A DNA stretch of 64,000 nucleotides from Rhodosorus marinus CCMP1338 (Eukaryota > Plantae > Rhodophyta), in the NCBI GenBank assembly GCA_029953675.1, contig JAMWBK010000009.1, forward strand, positions 868,001 through 932,000, given 5' to 3'. The stretch's first letter is position 1. Every line of letters begins with the position of its first letter. The notes under the pieces are model-generated. The model searched no databases and was not told the origin of the DNA. It was given only the letters and a program-made list of their open reading frames with translations. Shown here piece by piece: positions 12,919 to 25,248 of the stretch. A program made the translations under genes and the position numbers.

Positions 12919-14127
12919 AAGGCCAGGGCTTGGAGTAGAACAAGCGCATTCCGAAGCGAGTTAAAAATATCGGACAGCAATCAGTCGTTATCGGACTATT
13001 TATCGGACGAAGCCTTTTTTTATTTTTTATTCAGGTCAGGAAACTTATATAGGACGAGAATCTTTGGCAAATGGAATCCAATATTTCCGAATTCAGGTCT
13101 GATACATGTTCATAGCCGGAAGGGGATGACAAACCCTACCCATTCGATCCATCCGTTTCCGTTACCTCGCATTTTGCCTTACAGTTTGATTGGATAGCTA
13201 CCCGTCCAGCATCGGCGGAGGCGTGTACTCGCTCTTTCAAATGTTTGACAACTTGACTGGTGCTGAAAACTTTCCCGAAGCGTACGGATTTGTCGCTGAT
13301 AATCCGCTGAGCTACATTAGAAGGGTACCAATGACAAGGGAGTAGTAGAGGCTCAACCGCATTTCCGCACATCGCCCTCGGCATTTACAGAACACAAAGG
13401 GGGTGCTCCCAACCATGTCCTGGAGAATCAAAATCTCTGAGCGAGGCTGAAAAGTTTATTCATAACAGTCACAGTTTATGCATACATCTCTCACTCTCGG
13501 TTTACAAGCAATCCCCTCCAAAACCAGGCTCAACTCTTGAATATAAAAAAGGGTTCTTTTTCACTCATGCAATCATTAACCTTTATGTTTGACTGCAACA
13601 AATCAAAATTTTACTGAATAGGGGAGTTTTTAAGAGCTCAATCACCGCCAATAGAAAATTAAGGCCAAAACGCAACATCTATTCAATCATTTCGCTTTAA
13701 AACAATCAAAATAAGGAACAAGTTCAATCATTAACATCCCAACTCGATTGATTCGAATTGGCCTTTAAAGCCTGGGGGCAAATAATGGCCCGAAAACCGC
13801 GACTCCCGACCTTTTTTTTATTTAGTTTGTCGAAGTGAGTGATCGGTATTGGGAATTGGCTGCCGCCATCCATGAAGATCCGGGGTATTGTGGGTAGGTG
13901 TAGAGGTGGGCAAGTTCGGATGTTCGATTTCGTGTCGATGTTAGAGATTGGACGGACGTTAGATTTTTTGCTAAGAGAGAGATAGAGATAGAGAGAGAGA
14001 GAAAGTCTCTTGTATAGTGATCTGTAATTGGTAGATCTGATCGATCGATCATCGTGTTGGTTGGGTGTGCTTTGAAGGACTCACGGTGTGAAGTTTTGGT
14101 GGCTTGGTGTACTTTGGGTTTGGATAG

Positions 14128-15696
14128 ATGAGGAGGATATTGATCTTAGTGGCCGTTCTGGCGGTGGCCTTGGGGGCCGATGAGAGGGAGGATTCTGAGG
14201 AGAACGTCGGGCCGGTGCCTTTTGTGGAGCCGAAGCTCCCCGATGATGCGATTTTGGTGGAAACGTTTCAAAGTAAAAGCTTAAAAGAGTCTGGATGGGT
14301 TGCTTCAGAGAACGAGAAGTATCTGGGTGAATTTACGATCGCCAGCGGGGAGACAGCCTCGATTCCAGACGACACTGGACTGTTTGTTCCGGCTAAGGCA
14401 AACCACTACGCTATTTCAAAGAAGATCGAGTTTTTGGACCCGGAGAATCACGATTTGGTAGTACAATATCAATTCCGCTATGATAACTATCCAACCTGCG
14501 GCGGTGCCTATCTGAAATTGTTCGCTGCTCCTTTCGATAAGCTCGCCGAACTGGATAATTCTGTTCCCTACAGTATCATGTTTGGACCGGATCGGTGCGG
14601 AGCTGAAGCGAAGGTACATTTCATCTTTCAGCAGAAGAATGAGAAGAGTGGAAAGTTTGTTGAACACCATATGAAGGATCCTCCATCCCCGTCGTCGGAT
14701 AAGTCAACGCACTTGTACACAGTGGCTGTCTTTAAGAACATGACCTTCGCGGTTTATGTTGATAACCAAAAGGAGAAAGGGGGATCTTTGTTCGAAGAAT
14801 TCGAACCGCCCTTGCAGGCACCAGAGGAGATTCCGGATCCGAACGACACGAAGCCTAAGGATTGGGTGGACAAGAAAAAGATCAAGGACCCGAACGCAAC
14901 GAAGCCGGACGACTGGGATGAAAATGAACCTCAGCTTATAGAAGATCCTGACGCGAAGAAGCCCGACGACTGGCTTGATGATGAACCCCTGCTGATTCCG
15001 GATCCGGATGCCACGAAACCGGATGACTGGGACGAGAAAGAGGACGGTGAATGGGCAGCCCCTGATATTGACAACCCAAAATGCGAAAATCAGGGTTGCG
15101 GAGAATGGGTGCACCCGATGATAGACAATCCCAAATTCAAGGGTAAGTGGAAGGCGCCTATGATCGACAACCCGGATTACAAGGGCAAATGGGAGCAGAA
15201 GACAATTCCAAACCCGGACCACTACAAGGTGGATAAGGCTCATGTGCTCCCAATCTCCGCGGTTGGGTTCGAAATTTGGACTATGGATGACGGGTATACC
15301 TTTGACAATTTGTTTATTGGGGAGAGTTTGGATGCCGCCAAAGCATTTGCGGCCGAAACTTATGACCGCGTCCGGGAAGCAGAGAAAGTACGCGAAGACA
15401 GGGAGATCGATGAAATGGCAAAGAAGGAGAACTTCTACGATGACGAAGAGGGCGTAGATATCGAGGGAGCTGGGGAAGAAGAGACTTTTGAGGAAGATGA
15501 TGATGATCAGGAAATCTACGGCGGGGAATTTGATGCTGAAGAGTTGCTTGATGATGATGAGGACGTAGAAGATGACTACGGTCAAGATATTTACGACTAT
15601 GAGGGCGGGGACGAGGAAGAACCGGTGAACGATGACTATGGCGAAGACGAGGAATACGAAGACGAAGACGAAGGTTTCGCAGAAGAAGAGTTGTAG
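14128..15696 (+). CDS. CNX1: Calnexin-family ER lectin chaperone, apparently soluble (no TM helix, acidic tail, ends AEEEL); intronless
   Basis: Signal peptide, CGGAYLKL, YSIMFGPDRCG, four KPxDWD P-domain repeats, calnexin-type CENQGCGEW, and GFEIWTM. Confidence 0.9.
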   Translation: MRRILILVAVLAVALGADEREDSEENVGPVPFVEPKLPDDAILVETFQSKSLKESGWVASENEKYLGEFTIASGETASIPDDTGLFVPAKANHYAISKKIEFLDPENHDLVVQYQFRYDNYPTCGGAYLKLFAAPFDKLAELDNSVPYSIMFGPDRCGAEAKVHFIFQQKNEKSGKFVEHHMKDPPSPSSDKSTHLYTVAVFKNMTFAVYVDNQKEKGGSLFEEFEPPLQAPEEIPDPNDTKPKDWVDKKKIKDPNATKPDDWDENEPQLIEDPDAKKPDDWLDDEPLLIPDPDATKPDDWDEKEDGEWAAPDIDNPKCENQGCGEWVHPMIDNPKFKGKWKAPMIDNPDYKGKWEQKTIPNPDHYKVDKAHVLPISAVGFEIWTMDDGYTFDNLFIGESLDAAKAFAAETYDRVREAEKVREDREIDEMAKKENFYDDEEGVDIEGAGEEETFEEDDDDQEIYGGEFDAEELLDDDEDVEDDYGQDIYDYEGGDEEEPVNDDYGEDEEYEDEDEGFAEEEL

Positions 15697-17830
15697 ATTC
15701 CTATGCCACAAACGATAAGCCGGACCACCTGGGAAGCCTCCAGCTGGGTAGCCTTCTATTGTTACAGGTGGAAAGAGACCACATTGACGAAATACGGAGA
15801 GCGTTTCCTTCTTAATTGTCAGCGAGATCTTGCTCCAGGATCTCCAGTATGCTAGGTGCACTCGAAGTAACAAACAACTGATTCATAGCACCGGGATAGC
15901 ACCTTCGCCGAATGTTTCCAGTTCGTTCCACCCTACAGTTGTTTAGATGCCGCGTTCTCTGCGCCTCTTCAGAACTTCCTGGGCATCCAGCGCGTCACCC
16001 CCAATACATCATGTAGCTCCTCGATAAAGTACTTTACGAGATTCAACCCTGAAGGCCGAACCGGCAATGCGCTCTGCATGTATTAGTGCACCGTTGCGGC
16101 CAGCGACAGCTGTTGGACTGTAGGAGGCTATTTCTTAGTAGCGTTGACATGACCCAAGGCGCAACTGTTCCAGCGTTTAGAACTACAAGTCTAATCTGAT
16201 AGAAAGATTACACTAGTAGGCAAAAAAGGCGTCACGCGACTTGGTTGTTGTCGTCTGCAGCCGAGAAAGCTTCAATTCGACGGGGAAGTACGAACGGACA
16301 GAGTCCGATCGGTCGGCACATGGAAGACAAATTCTCACCCACCTCCAACATTCCAGAAGTCGGCCGTAATAGTCATTTCCCTTTACCTTTGGGCTAGGTC
16401 CCAACCGCGTAGTGCTTGTCCATCCCAATCCGCTCTGCTGCTGAAGCCAGGGGATTAGGTACAATCAAGCTCGGGGACGATATTCTTTAACTAGCTCCAG
16501 TCAGGAATGAAGCAAATACTACAGACTATTAATCCAAATTTTCACAGATCAGCCCCAAACAACTCCAATCTCATAGCAAAGAACCCTCCTCAACCGAATG
16601 AAATGGACCATCGCAACCCTCGCACTAAAGGAGAATGGAAAATCAATCAATCAACCCAAAGTCAATCCAAAATTCTATTAAATCCCGTCCACAAGCAAGC
16701 TTCCCGAGATAATATTGATTGATTTGAATGACTAAGTATTTATATTCAATTTTTTAGTGCTTCGGCTCCATCGGAGGTGCTAGTAAAGTCATGGAGGCGA
16801 ATAGTTCTCAGGAAATATATTTCGGAAATAAAAAAAAATCCAAAATTGCACTGGGGAATATGAAATTGTTTTGTTTTACGCCTATGTCGAGACATAAGTG
16901 TATTTCATACATCATAGGATTTGGTTTTTATCTCCTAATTATTAAAAGGTATAATATGTAGTAACAGCGTATATTTCTAGAACCATATGATCTTCGACAA
17001 CGCATACTATGGTATAAAATACAATAAGTAAATACTCCCAACCGCCATCCACCCCGTTAAAGTTTACGCACAAGGCGACTTTTCCTAAAATTACTTTGAT
17101 AGGCTATAAATTATGCTAATATTTATAATATTGATAATTATTCACTATTATTCTCAGACCAAATAATTTTAAAAAAAGAACTTTTGATCCTACTGGAGGA
17201 CAGTTTCAGGGGTAAGAAATGCTATGGTAGAAATGACCTGGGCGCTCCAATTTGTTTGATTTTAATATATTAAAATATATTTATCCGGGATTATTTTGAA
17301 GCACGTAATTATAAGATAATATATGGGTTCAGAAAATATTTTAATTCTAGAGGCTCTGTGTGGATGGTATGTATGCAAGTTTCTCGTTCCATTCGCATCT
17401 ACATTGTTGGAGGTGGTGATTAGTTTTTCGATATTAAGGAGGGTTTTCACTTAACGGGTCACACCGAGACAACATCCACGGTATTTTTTTTTTTTTTTAG
17501 ATAAAGATGAACGAAGGGGTTATTGATCGACCACGGTTCAATGACATGAAAGTTTGATTTTCTGTTCGATTGCGCATTGTTAGATCCTTCTGGGGCTGTG
17601 CGTGGTAAGATAGTGGGAGATGTGACTATTAATATTAAGGGCGGGCAGTTGATTGGGGGGGAGGGGGGAGGTAGGAGAGGGAAGAGCCTTGATAGGGTGT
17701 GTGGTATTTTGTTCGGTTGTGGATCTTTTCCTTACTCTCGTCTGTGCGAACTGTGGGTGAGAGGAGTTTTCTGTTGTTGGACCTTGTGTTCTTTTGGGGT
17801 CGGTGGTAATTCTATTGATTAAGTGACAGA

Positions 17831-18587
17831 ATGGTTGGCTTCGTTGCAAGTTCGAAATTATGCGTGGGCCAGCAGAAGCAAGTCAAGGTTTGCCGAAGCT
17901 CGTCGATCAGGATGAGCGTTCGCGATGATCAGAGCAGTGAAGGGCTGATGAGCGAACTGACCAAGTTGCACACGGGATTGGCTACTATGGCGATCATGGG
18001 AACGCCGTTGGCAGCGCTGGCTGGGGAGGCTGCTGCCGAGGAGAGTGCGCTGAAGACCCTCTTCAAGACCAAGGCTCTTTCTCTCGCCCATCCAGTTGCC
18101 ATGTGGGGTGTTGTTGGATACGCTGGGTACGTGTTCTATTTGGGTTCCCAAGCTAGGACTTTGAGGACCACGACGGATCAGGAAGTGAAGAAAGACCTTG
18201 CGAAGCAAAAGCCTGGACAAAAGCACTTTAGCCTCTCTGCCTGGCTGTTAGCTGCCACCACCTTTTTTACGTTCGAGGGCATGGTACGTGCTTGTGTCCA
18301 GAATTCCCAGTTTCTTTTAAAAACATATGCAATTCTGACCCTTCCTGATTGTCTAGGCTAACACGTACACGAGAACTGGCAAACTCTTCCCCGGTCCCCA
18401 TCTTTATGCCGGGCTGGGTGTTGTTTCACTCCTGGCTTTCATGGCTGCCCTAGTACCTGCAATGCAGAAGAACCAGCTCTGGGCCAGAAACACCCATTTC
18501 ACCCTCGCCGTTGGCGCACTTGGGCTCTTCGGGTGGCAGGCAAAGACCGGACTGGACATTGTCGGGAAACTTCTCGGCTTCAAGTAA
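17831..18587 (+). CDS. DUF4079 plastid membrane protein; intron 18284-18356
   Basis: HPVAMW, KHF, and spliced GM|ANTYTRTGKLFPGPHLYAG..WARNTH..QAKTGLDIV; transit peptide present. Confidence 0.85.
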
Positions 18588-18885
18588 GGAACGTATTCGA
18601 ACTCAGATGAGTCGCTTTGATTTTTTTAGAGTCTTTGATAATAAAAAGGATCCGCCTTCCCCTGGCTAGTTTGTCAACTGGTTGCAAAAGCCCGTAACTC
18701 CCTCAAGCCCCAGCCATGCAGGAATTGGATGCCGGCCCTCTTTGATGGCAGGCTCTTGGGGTAGAATCATATTCCAGTGACTCCAGCCACATGACATCAA
18801 TACCGGGAATCATGTTTTCTCATCTTTATTCAATTCTTGGGGTTGCAATCTAGTAGAAAAAAAAATTACTTAAAGCACGGGGCTC

Positions 18886-20344
18886 TTAGGCGGTGCTGTA
18901 GCGCAGCAGAACACCGTTGGCGCCAAGGACAAACCCGACATCCTTGGAAACGAAAATGATCTTATATAACAACGCTCCTGCTTTTCCGAGCTGCTTGTCA
19001 TACGACCATGTCTTCCCTCCGTCGTAGCTGACGTAAAGCTGCCCGCCGCCAACAGAGGCCCAGACCTCGTCCGTTCCTGGTCGGAACGCCACATCCAGAA
19101 TTCCATATCCTGACAGAAGAACACAATTCATATTAGAGGTGCTCTGTCCAGCGCTTGCAGAAAAGATAAACTAACCTCCGCTCTTCAGATTGACCTTCTT
19201 GAACTCAAGGTCTCCTTTCAGAATATCAGGATTCGGTTCAGAGAATACCAGCTCTCCTCCTCGAAGCGACATCCAAATACCCTTGGTCACGTCATCGCTA
19301 ACGAAACCCATTCCCTGAATACGCTTGGAGGAGTCGCGTCCATGTGGGACCCAGAACTCCTGCCCAGGTTTCCAGGTGAGGTAGAAATTACCGCGAGAGC
19401 TCACAGCAATATAAGCGCCAAGAGAATCCCGCAGAACAGAAATGATGCTTCCAGTAAAGTAGGACGCGCCAGTGACTCCGGAGCTTACTGTTCGGTTAAG
19501 AGTTGCGTCAATGGTTTCCTTAACCTGTTCATAGGTCCGACAAAAGCCAACTCAATACACAGACCAACCGGTAATTCCTCTTGGCACATTCTTCTGAGTG
19601 AACTTGTTTTAGCTTACTTGAGCCTTCCAGTTGAGTCCACTGTTTGTGGTGATGTAAACAGCACCGGCGGTCGTTGTCATCTCCGCGGTCTCGCGGCCGA
19701 GAGCAGTGATTGAGCATGGATCACCAGGGAGCTTTGGAGAAAGCGAGACTCTCTCCCAGCTCTTTCCGCCATCACGAGTGTGGAGCAGTATAGAGGGCTT
19801 GCCAATAACCCAGCCCTCTGACCCGTTGAACGAGATCTCTTGGAATCTGTAGTTAATTTCTTCCTCAGGGTCCAGGTTCTGGAAACTGCGAGCCATCCAC
19901 GTCTGACCGTAATCAGTAGTTTCGAAAACACTGCCCTTGGTTCCAATGAGCCAACCGTGGGAGGGCTCTTGCGGGATGAACGAGAGATCTGACAAGTAGA
20001 AAGCGGGTGTGAGTCGTTTCCTAGGAACTCTTATGAAGACCTTACAATAGGGGCCAACCAAGACTCGTTCCTGCGAAGCACAGCATACCGAACAGAGTAC
20101 CCTCAAAAGGAAGTTCTACCCGTGACCACTTTCCCTTCGGAATCGAGGAAACGTCCGCCGCAATAGCAGAATCGGGCAAAGCTGGCCCGGCGGCCGCAGC
20201 CGCCGCAATACCTGCGGCTGCGGTCTTCAACAACTCCCGCCTCGACATCCCTACCGAAGCATCCTCCGAAGCAGAACAGACGACTCTCGACCTCTGCCTA
20301 ACCCAATCTCCGACCGCAAAACTGCCAACAAACCCACTCCTCAT
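18886..20344 (-). CDS. HCF136: Photosystem II assembly factor HCF136/Ycf48; introns 19989-20088, 19525-19617, 19111-19175
   Basis: TAT motif [44 protein letters not shown] and [10 protein letters not shown]. All introns are GT-AG and restore the frame. Confidence 0.95.
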
Positions 20345-21002
20345 CCTTCCCAGCCAAGTGCAAAAAAATGCGATACGGCCTCCTCCCCACCTGCCCTCCC
20401 CTCCCTCACAGATCCAAACCCCCCTCTGCCCCACAAAAAAAAACAATTGCCTTCCTCAACCTCAGTTCCCCTCCCTTCCCCTCCCCATCCTCCTTCTACA
20501 GTCCACAAGCTTATTATCCAGACACCAATCCTATACGACTCGAATACCATAATACACCTATATAATAATAAAAATCCCCACCTAGCTTCCAGAGCACCCG
20601 ATCGATCCCGGTCTCCTTCCTTGACAGCCACAAAAATCACAAAACAATCCCAAGAACGCTTCAATAAAATGATTGAATACTCGTTCATATTATGAAATAG
20701 AATACAATATTCAATCAATATAATCGATAAGGCTTGGTGCGTGCACCTTCGAAAGCCTCGAATTCGATGGAAGGAAAAAGCTCCGTCGGTGGATCTGCGT
20801 TGATATGGATTGAATATTGTCTAAACGTTATAGGTTTTTGTTTTTGTGTGGATTGAATTTGGTCGATTGGGTCGGGTTAGTGGATGCAGAGAGGATTGTG
20901 CTTCAGGGTAGATTTGCATTTTTGTTTGTGGGGCTGCGGAGTACTGACGAGCTTCAGATGGATGGGTAGGGTTTTTTTTCTGGGGGGGGGGGAGAGGGGG
21001 AC

Positions 21003-21050
21003 GGTGGGATGGTGGGATGGTGGGATGGTGGGATGGTGGGATGGTGGGAT
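21003..21050 (+). repeat. Tandem 8-mer (GGTGGGAT)x6, G-quadruplex-capable
   Basis: Six perfect copies read directly, next to poly-G runs. Confidence 0.95.
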
Positions 21051-21434
21051 GGTGGAGTTAGCCTCTAAGAGGTTATTCAGACTCTATTGCGTTGACATTG
21101 AGTCCACAGAAAAAATTAGACGGACTCGAAGATTCTGAATCGTACTGGTTCGATACGGGTTAGCGAGAACCGATGACAATCGTGCTCCGTAAGCCTTTTT
21201 ACAGACGGGTAGAAAACGGACCGCACTGGTTCGATACAATGGGCGGCGAGTGGAGACTTCGAGTGATTCCCTTTAACGCCCGTGTGCAGTAGAGACAGAG
21301 GCTTTTGGCAGCTGCCCAGCAAAGGTTACGGTTACGTGGAAAAGTCGCAGTTTGTAGGTCATACCGCTGACTGTGGCTAACAGTACGATCGAGAGTCTAC
21401 GGGCGCATATCGTCTCATATGACGGCTCCTATAG

Positions 21435-22259
21435 CTAGAGGGTCATCTGTTCTCGCTGAAGTGTAGTGGCAGGATTTTAAGGTGTGCTCTGGATGCCCTC
21501 CAGACTTATCTGTACGAGCAGGTCTAGATCGGAGAGATACTGGGCTTTCGAGTACTTAGTCGTCACTCTCTACCGGATTTAGGCGACGTCCTGGAAATAC
21601 TTTTGAACCGCGTGATTAAACGCAGAGAGCCTCAGAAGCCATTGAAGGATCCCCTGCTCGTTAGCAAACATGTTGATGAAGCTCTGGCTCTGGCGACTAT
21701 GGACGAGACCCTGTTTTGGGTTAGAAACAAGATGCGGGAATGGGAGTTCTTGACAACGACTAGACCTACGAAGAACGGGTGCATTCGGGCGCTCCCCCAA
21801 TTTTACCAGTTCCACCGTCCGCGTTTACCTCTAGGCGAGTTGTGAAGGTGGCCTCTAACACCAGTAGCTGCATTGAGCGTGCCCCTCATATATCTTGAAT
21901 TCTCTTGCGAGATTACCAAGAACTTCAATCTTGTACGGAAGGACTCGAAACGTGCCAGTCCGTTCATCCGTTCGAAAAGCTACAGCAAATTCAAAGTACT
22001 TGTGCAAGATGGTAGCAAAACACAAAATACCAGCTCCATAACCAGGATCAGCAAGCAAAGGCGCACTCTCCTGACCCCAGAAAGAATCATTGATCGAATC
22101 CAGAAGCAATCAAACCTCAATCTCCGACGAAGTCCCTTTAATCTCAGAAAGCAACCGAAGCATCAACCCCGTTTCCTCCATCCTCAGGAAACACCACACC
22201 CCCGCTGTCCCCCGTGGAACAGAAACCATCAGTTCGATGTCAGCACGGAACCCATTTGA
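21435..22259 (+). pseudogene. Decayed long reading frame of unknown family
   Basis: ORFs 21603-21845 and 21873-22259 are in the same frame, separated by one TGA. The frame extends upstream through one TAG (21525-21527) to 21435. Confidence 0.4.
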
Positions 22260-22639
22260 CACTTAGAAGAATGCCTGCAATTGAATATCTTGAATTTTGG
22301 ACAAGAAAAAAAATCCAAAATAAGATAATATTGGAGAAATTGGTCTGTTTCAATTCTCGCGGAGGTGTTGTTTAAGTGTCATTCTGTGTTGGAAAGCTAT
22401 GACAGAATTTGAAGCAGGCCGTTTGTATTGGGAGATTGCGAGGAGAGAGACAGGAAGCAAAAGTATATATCGCTATGTGTGAACGTGAATACAGTGTTTG
22501 GTTTCTTATCTAGAGGAATTGTTGAGGAAGAGGAAGAGACAAGCAGGATATTGTGTTTTGTTGTTTTTTTCGGTGTTTTGTTTTTGGATAGGTTCGTTTT
22601 GTTTGAAAGGTTGCGAGTTTTGATGACGTACCTCAAGAA

Positions 22640-25056
22640 ATGACGTTCTTGGTCGCGCAGCTCACGTTTCTCGTGTTGTGGGTACCGCTGGCGGGGGTGC
22701 TGAGCGTAAGTCTGTTAGTTAAGTACTGTGCTCGTCATGGAGCTGTGCCCGTCGGAGTTGGGATTGTGGTGGGCCTGGTGTGGTTCATGTCGATGCTGGT
22801 CCCTGTCCTCTTGCCGCTCGACGTTGCTGAAATGACCACCGAGCGATGTAAAGCTGAGGCTTCAGGAGGACAGGATGTGAATTGTGCACCTACTCGAGCG
22901 GATCCTGAGTTTCTCGCTTTGGCCTGGCATATTGGATACTGGTTCTGCTTCACTATGTCGTGGTTGGTTCTGCCGATTCTCTCCTCCTATGTGCTCGCAG
23001 GGGCGTTTTCGGTGAAGAAACGATTCTTTTTCGCTCTTCGGGACCGTTTGATTTTCTTCCTTGTGATCGGAGTACTCTTCGGGATTGCAACAGTTCTCCT
23101 CGTTCTCCGCTTCCAGTTTTCGCTCCAGGGCCTCTCCGGGATTCTCGTCTCGCTTGCAAACGTCTTTGGTATTTTTGTCTCGACCCTGATGCTGAGCTAT
23201 GGACTAATCGAGGTTCCCAAATGGCTATGGAAGTTTGGCGATTACCAAGCGAAGCTACGAAGCAGCGAGATAAGAGCGACCTATACGATGGAGAGAATGG
23301 AGGAGGCCAAATCGTCGATGGCCCTCGCTCTCGGAAACATAAACGCGGTGGTAAGGCTCTTCTATCACTTTAGTATAATACGATGACGAGCAAGGAGTGC
23401 CCCAAGTTGACGCTTGTTTTTTTTGCCTTTGTTTCTCAAGATGAGTTTGTACGACAAATCGAAGAAGGACATGCCAGCCCGCAAGAGAAAAACGATCAAG
23501 AAGTTCATCAGGCTAGTGCAAGCGGAGGTTCCAAACCCTGATTCGGGGCTAACCCTACCGAAAGCTATCCAGGATGAAGCTTTGCATTGCGCTCTGACGG
23601 AGGATTACCTCGCAGGCCTGCGGTTCAAAGTGAAGAAACGTGTGATTGAATTCCGGAAGGTTAATTATCTCTGGAGGAAGAGATGTGTCGAGGCATTTGA
23701 ACTGCAGGACCTCCTCCTGTGGAGGACTGGGGATTTCCAAGCGAGTTCGTGGGTAGGGTCAGTCTTCCTTACGATACGGGCTTACTTACTGCCCGTCTTC
23801 TCTCGGATAGCCGCTGTGGCGACTGCATTGCTGACCATGGCAATTATTTGGAGCGAGGCAACGCTGTGGACAATCAGTTTGCCAAATTCTCTTGATCTGT
23901 CTCCGTTTTCATATCTCATTCACCAGCTACACCCACCTTACACCGTGGTCATGGTAAGCCTCACTTGTCAATGTGCAACGTCCAGCAATTTAGCCCTCTG
24001 TCTTCCCAGGCTAAGGACAATTTTTTCTCTTTCCTCGTCAACGAACAGCTTTTCTGTTTTGCATGTGTCTTGTACTTGTACTTTTGCTTGTTCTTCGGCA
24101 TTTTCCGATTCAGACTGTTTATGCTGTACGAGCTGGTACCGAAGCACACAGATCCATTCACGCTGGTATTGAACAGTATTCTGTGCAGCCGCCTTCTGAT
24201 CCCGGTTGCTTACAACTTCATCACTATCATGCACGAGACGACGTATTCAATCAGTATACTGTACGAGGGTGCGGCCACTGCGATGGCAATGACAAGAATA
24301 GCAACGCTGCACAAGGGAATGGACGAGGTTCCAGTGTTCGGAGTCTCGTTTAATCTCTATTTTCCTGCCGTCATCGTTTTGTTCGTGCTTTTGACTTTGT
24401 GCAGAGTGTGGGACAAGATCATGAACTTATTCGACCTTACCAAATACTCCTTTGAAGGTGTAGGGGACGAGCGACTTGAAGCCTTCGGCAAGCAGCTCCT
24501 CTCGCAGGAAAGGAACAAGTGGTAAGTACTTTGCCAACCCGTTGTCGGCTAGAAGTTTATCCTGTTTTCTCCAACCTTAGCTAGGCTATATAACTCTCGC
24601 TAGGATGAACCAGCGGCACCCAGAGGAAGATGCTCGGATCAACCGCTATATGAGTCCAAGCAGACCCACTGAAGAGGACCCGATATCGGATTCTGACTTT
24701 GGCGGAAGACAAAATTCGAACTGTTCGTATGAGGTAACCGGTGATGCGGAAAGGGAAGAAGAGCTACACCACAGTTTCGAGGTACAGAATGAAATGAGCT
24801 CGCCTAGTCTTCGGTCCAGACAAAATGGTGAGTAGCCAGCCAAATTCCACATCTGACCCTCTTGTGGGCCCCGAGACTAACCAACGACGGTCTGCTTGTA
24901 TCGACAGAGCCTACAGAGCTTGAAGCATTTGGCGAACAAGCACCACCCGAAGGAACTCAGGATATAGCTGAGGCTTCGCGGAAAACGAGAAAGAAGCAGA
25001 AGAAGAAGACGAAGAAGAAGACCTCGAAGAATTCAGAGGACGACTTCGAGTTCTGA
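22640..25056 (+). CDS. LMBR1-domain (LMBRD2-like) membrane protein; introns 23351-23440, 23954-24048, 24522-24603, 24828-24907
   Basis: Multi-TM protein with LLPLDVA, SWLVLPILSSY, GYGL-like SYGLIEVPKWLW and NLYFPAVIVLFVLLTL. All four GT-AG introns give a continuous frame. Confidence 0.9.
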
Positions 25057-25248
25057 GAAAAACGCTGACGGAGAGGTTATCTCCCCTTGCCGCATTTTTG
25101 AGGACAAGACGACTAGCACTAACTAGCTCTAGGGAAACTCTAGTAGCGAAACACCTTTGAACATACAAAAGCCAACCCCAGGCGGTAGACTTGAAAATGA
25201 TGTTGAGCCGCGGGTCTGATTTCAGCGAGATAGAGAGGTTGGTTTTGC

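Noticed and set aside
14119-14130. Spliced-leader trans-splicing inferred from AG directly before ATG (calnexin, COA4, PPR)
   Set aside because: Most other starts lack it, and 5' UTR cis-introns or chance explain it. Kept only as a test under the COA4 finding.
14704-15873. 389-aa antisense ORF over calnexin
   Set aside because: Shadow frame produced by GAx-rich acidic codons; the translation is low-complexity and has no motifs.
15750-16500. Non-LTR retrotransposon remnant
   Set aside because: Stop-rich frames with no RT or endonuclease motif; insufficient support.
21144-21237. tRNA gene
   Set aside because: B-box-like only; no acceptor stem, D arm or anticodon arm could be folded.
21525-21845. 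Stop-codon reassignment or selenocysteine read-through
   Set aside because: Intact genes end in TAA, TAG and TGA, and all their apparent interruptions are resolved by canonical introns.
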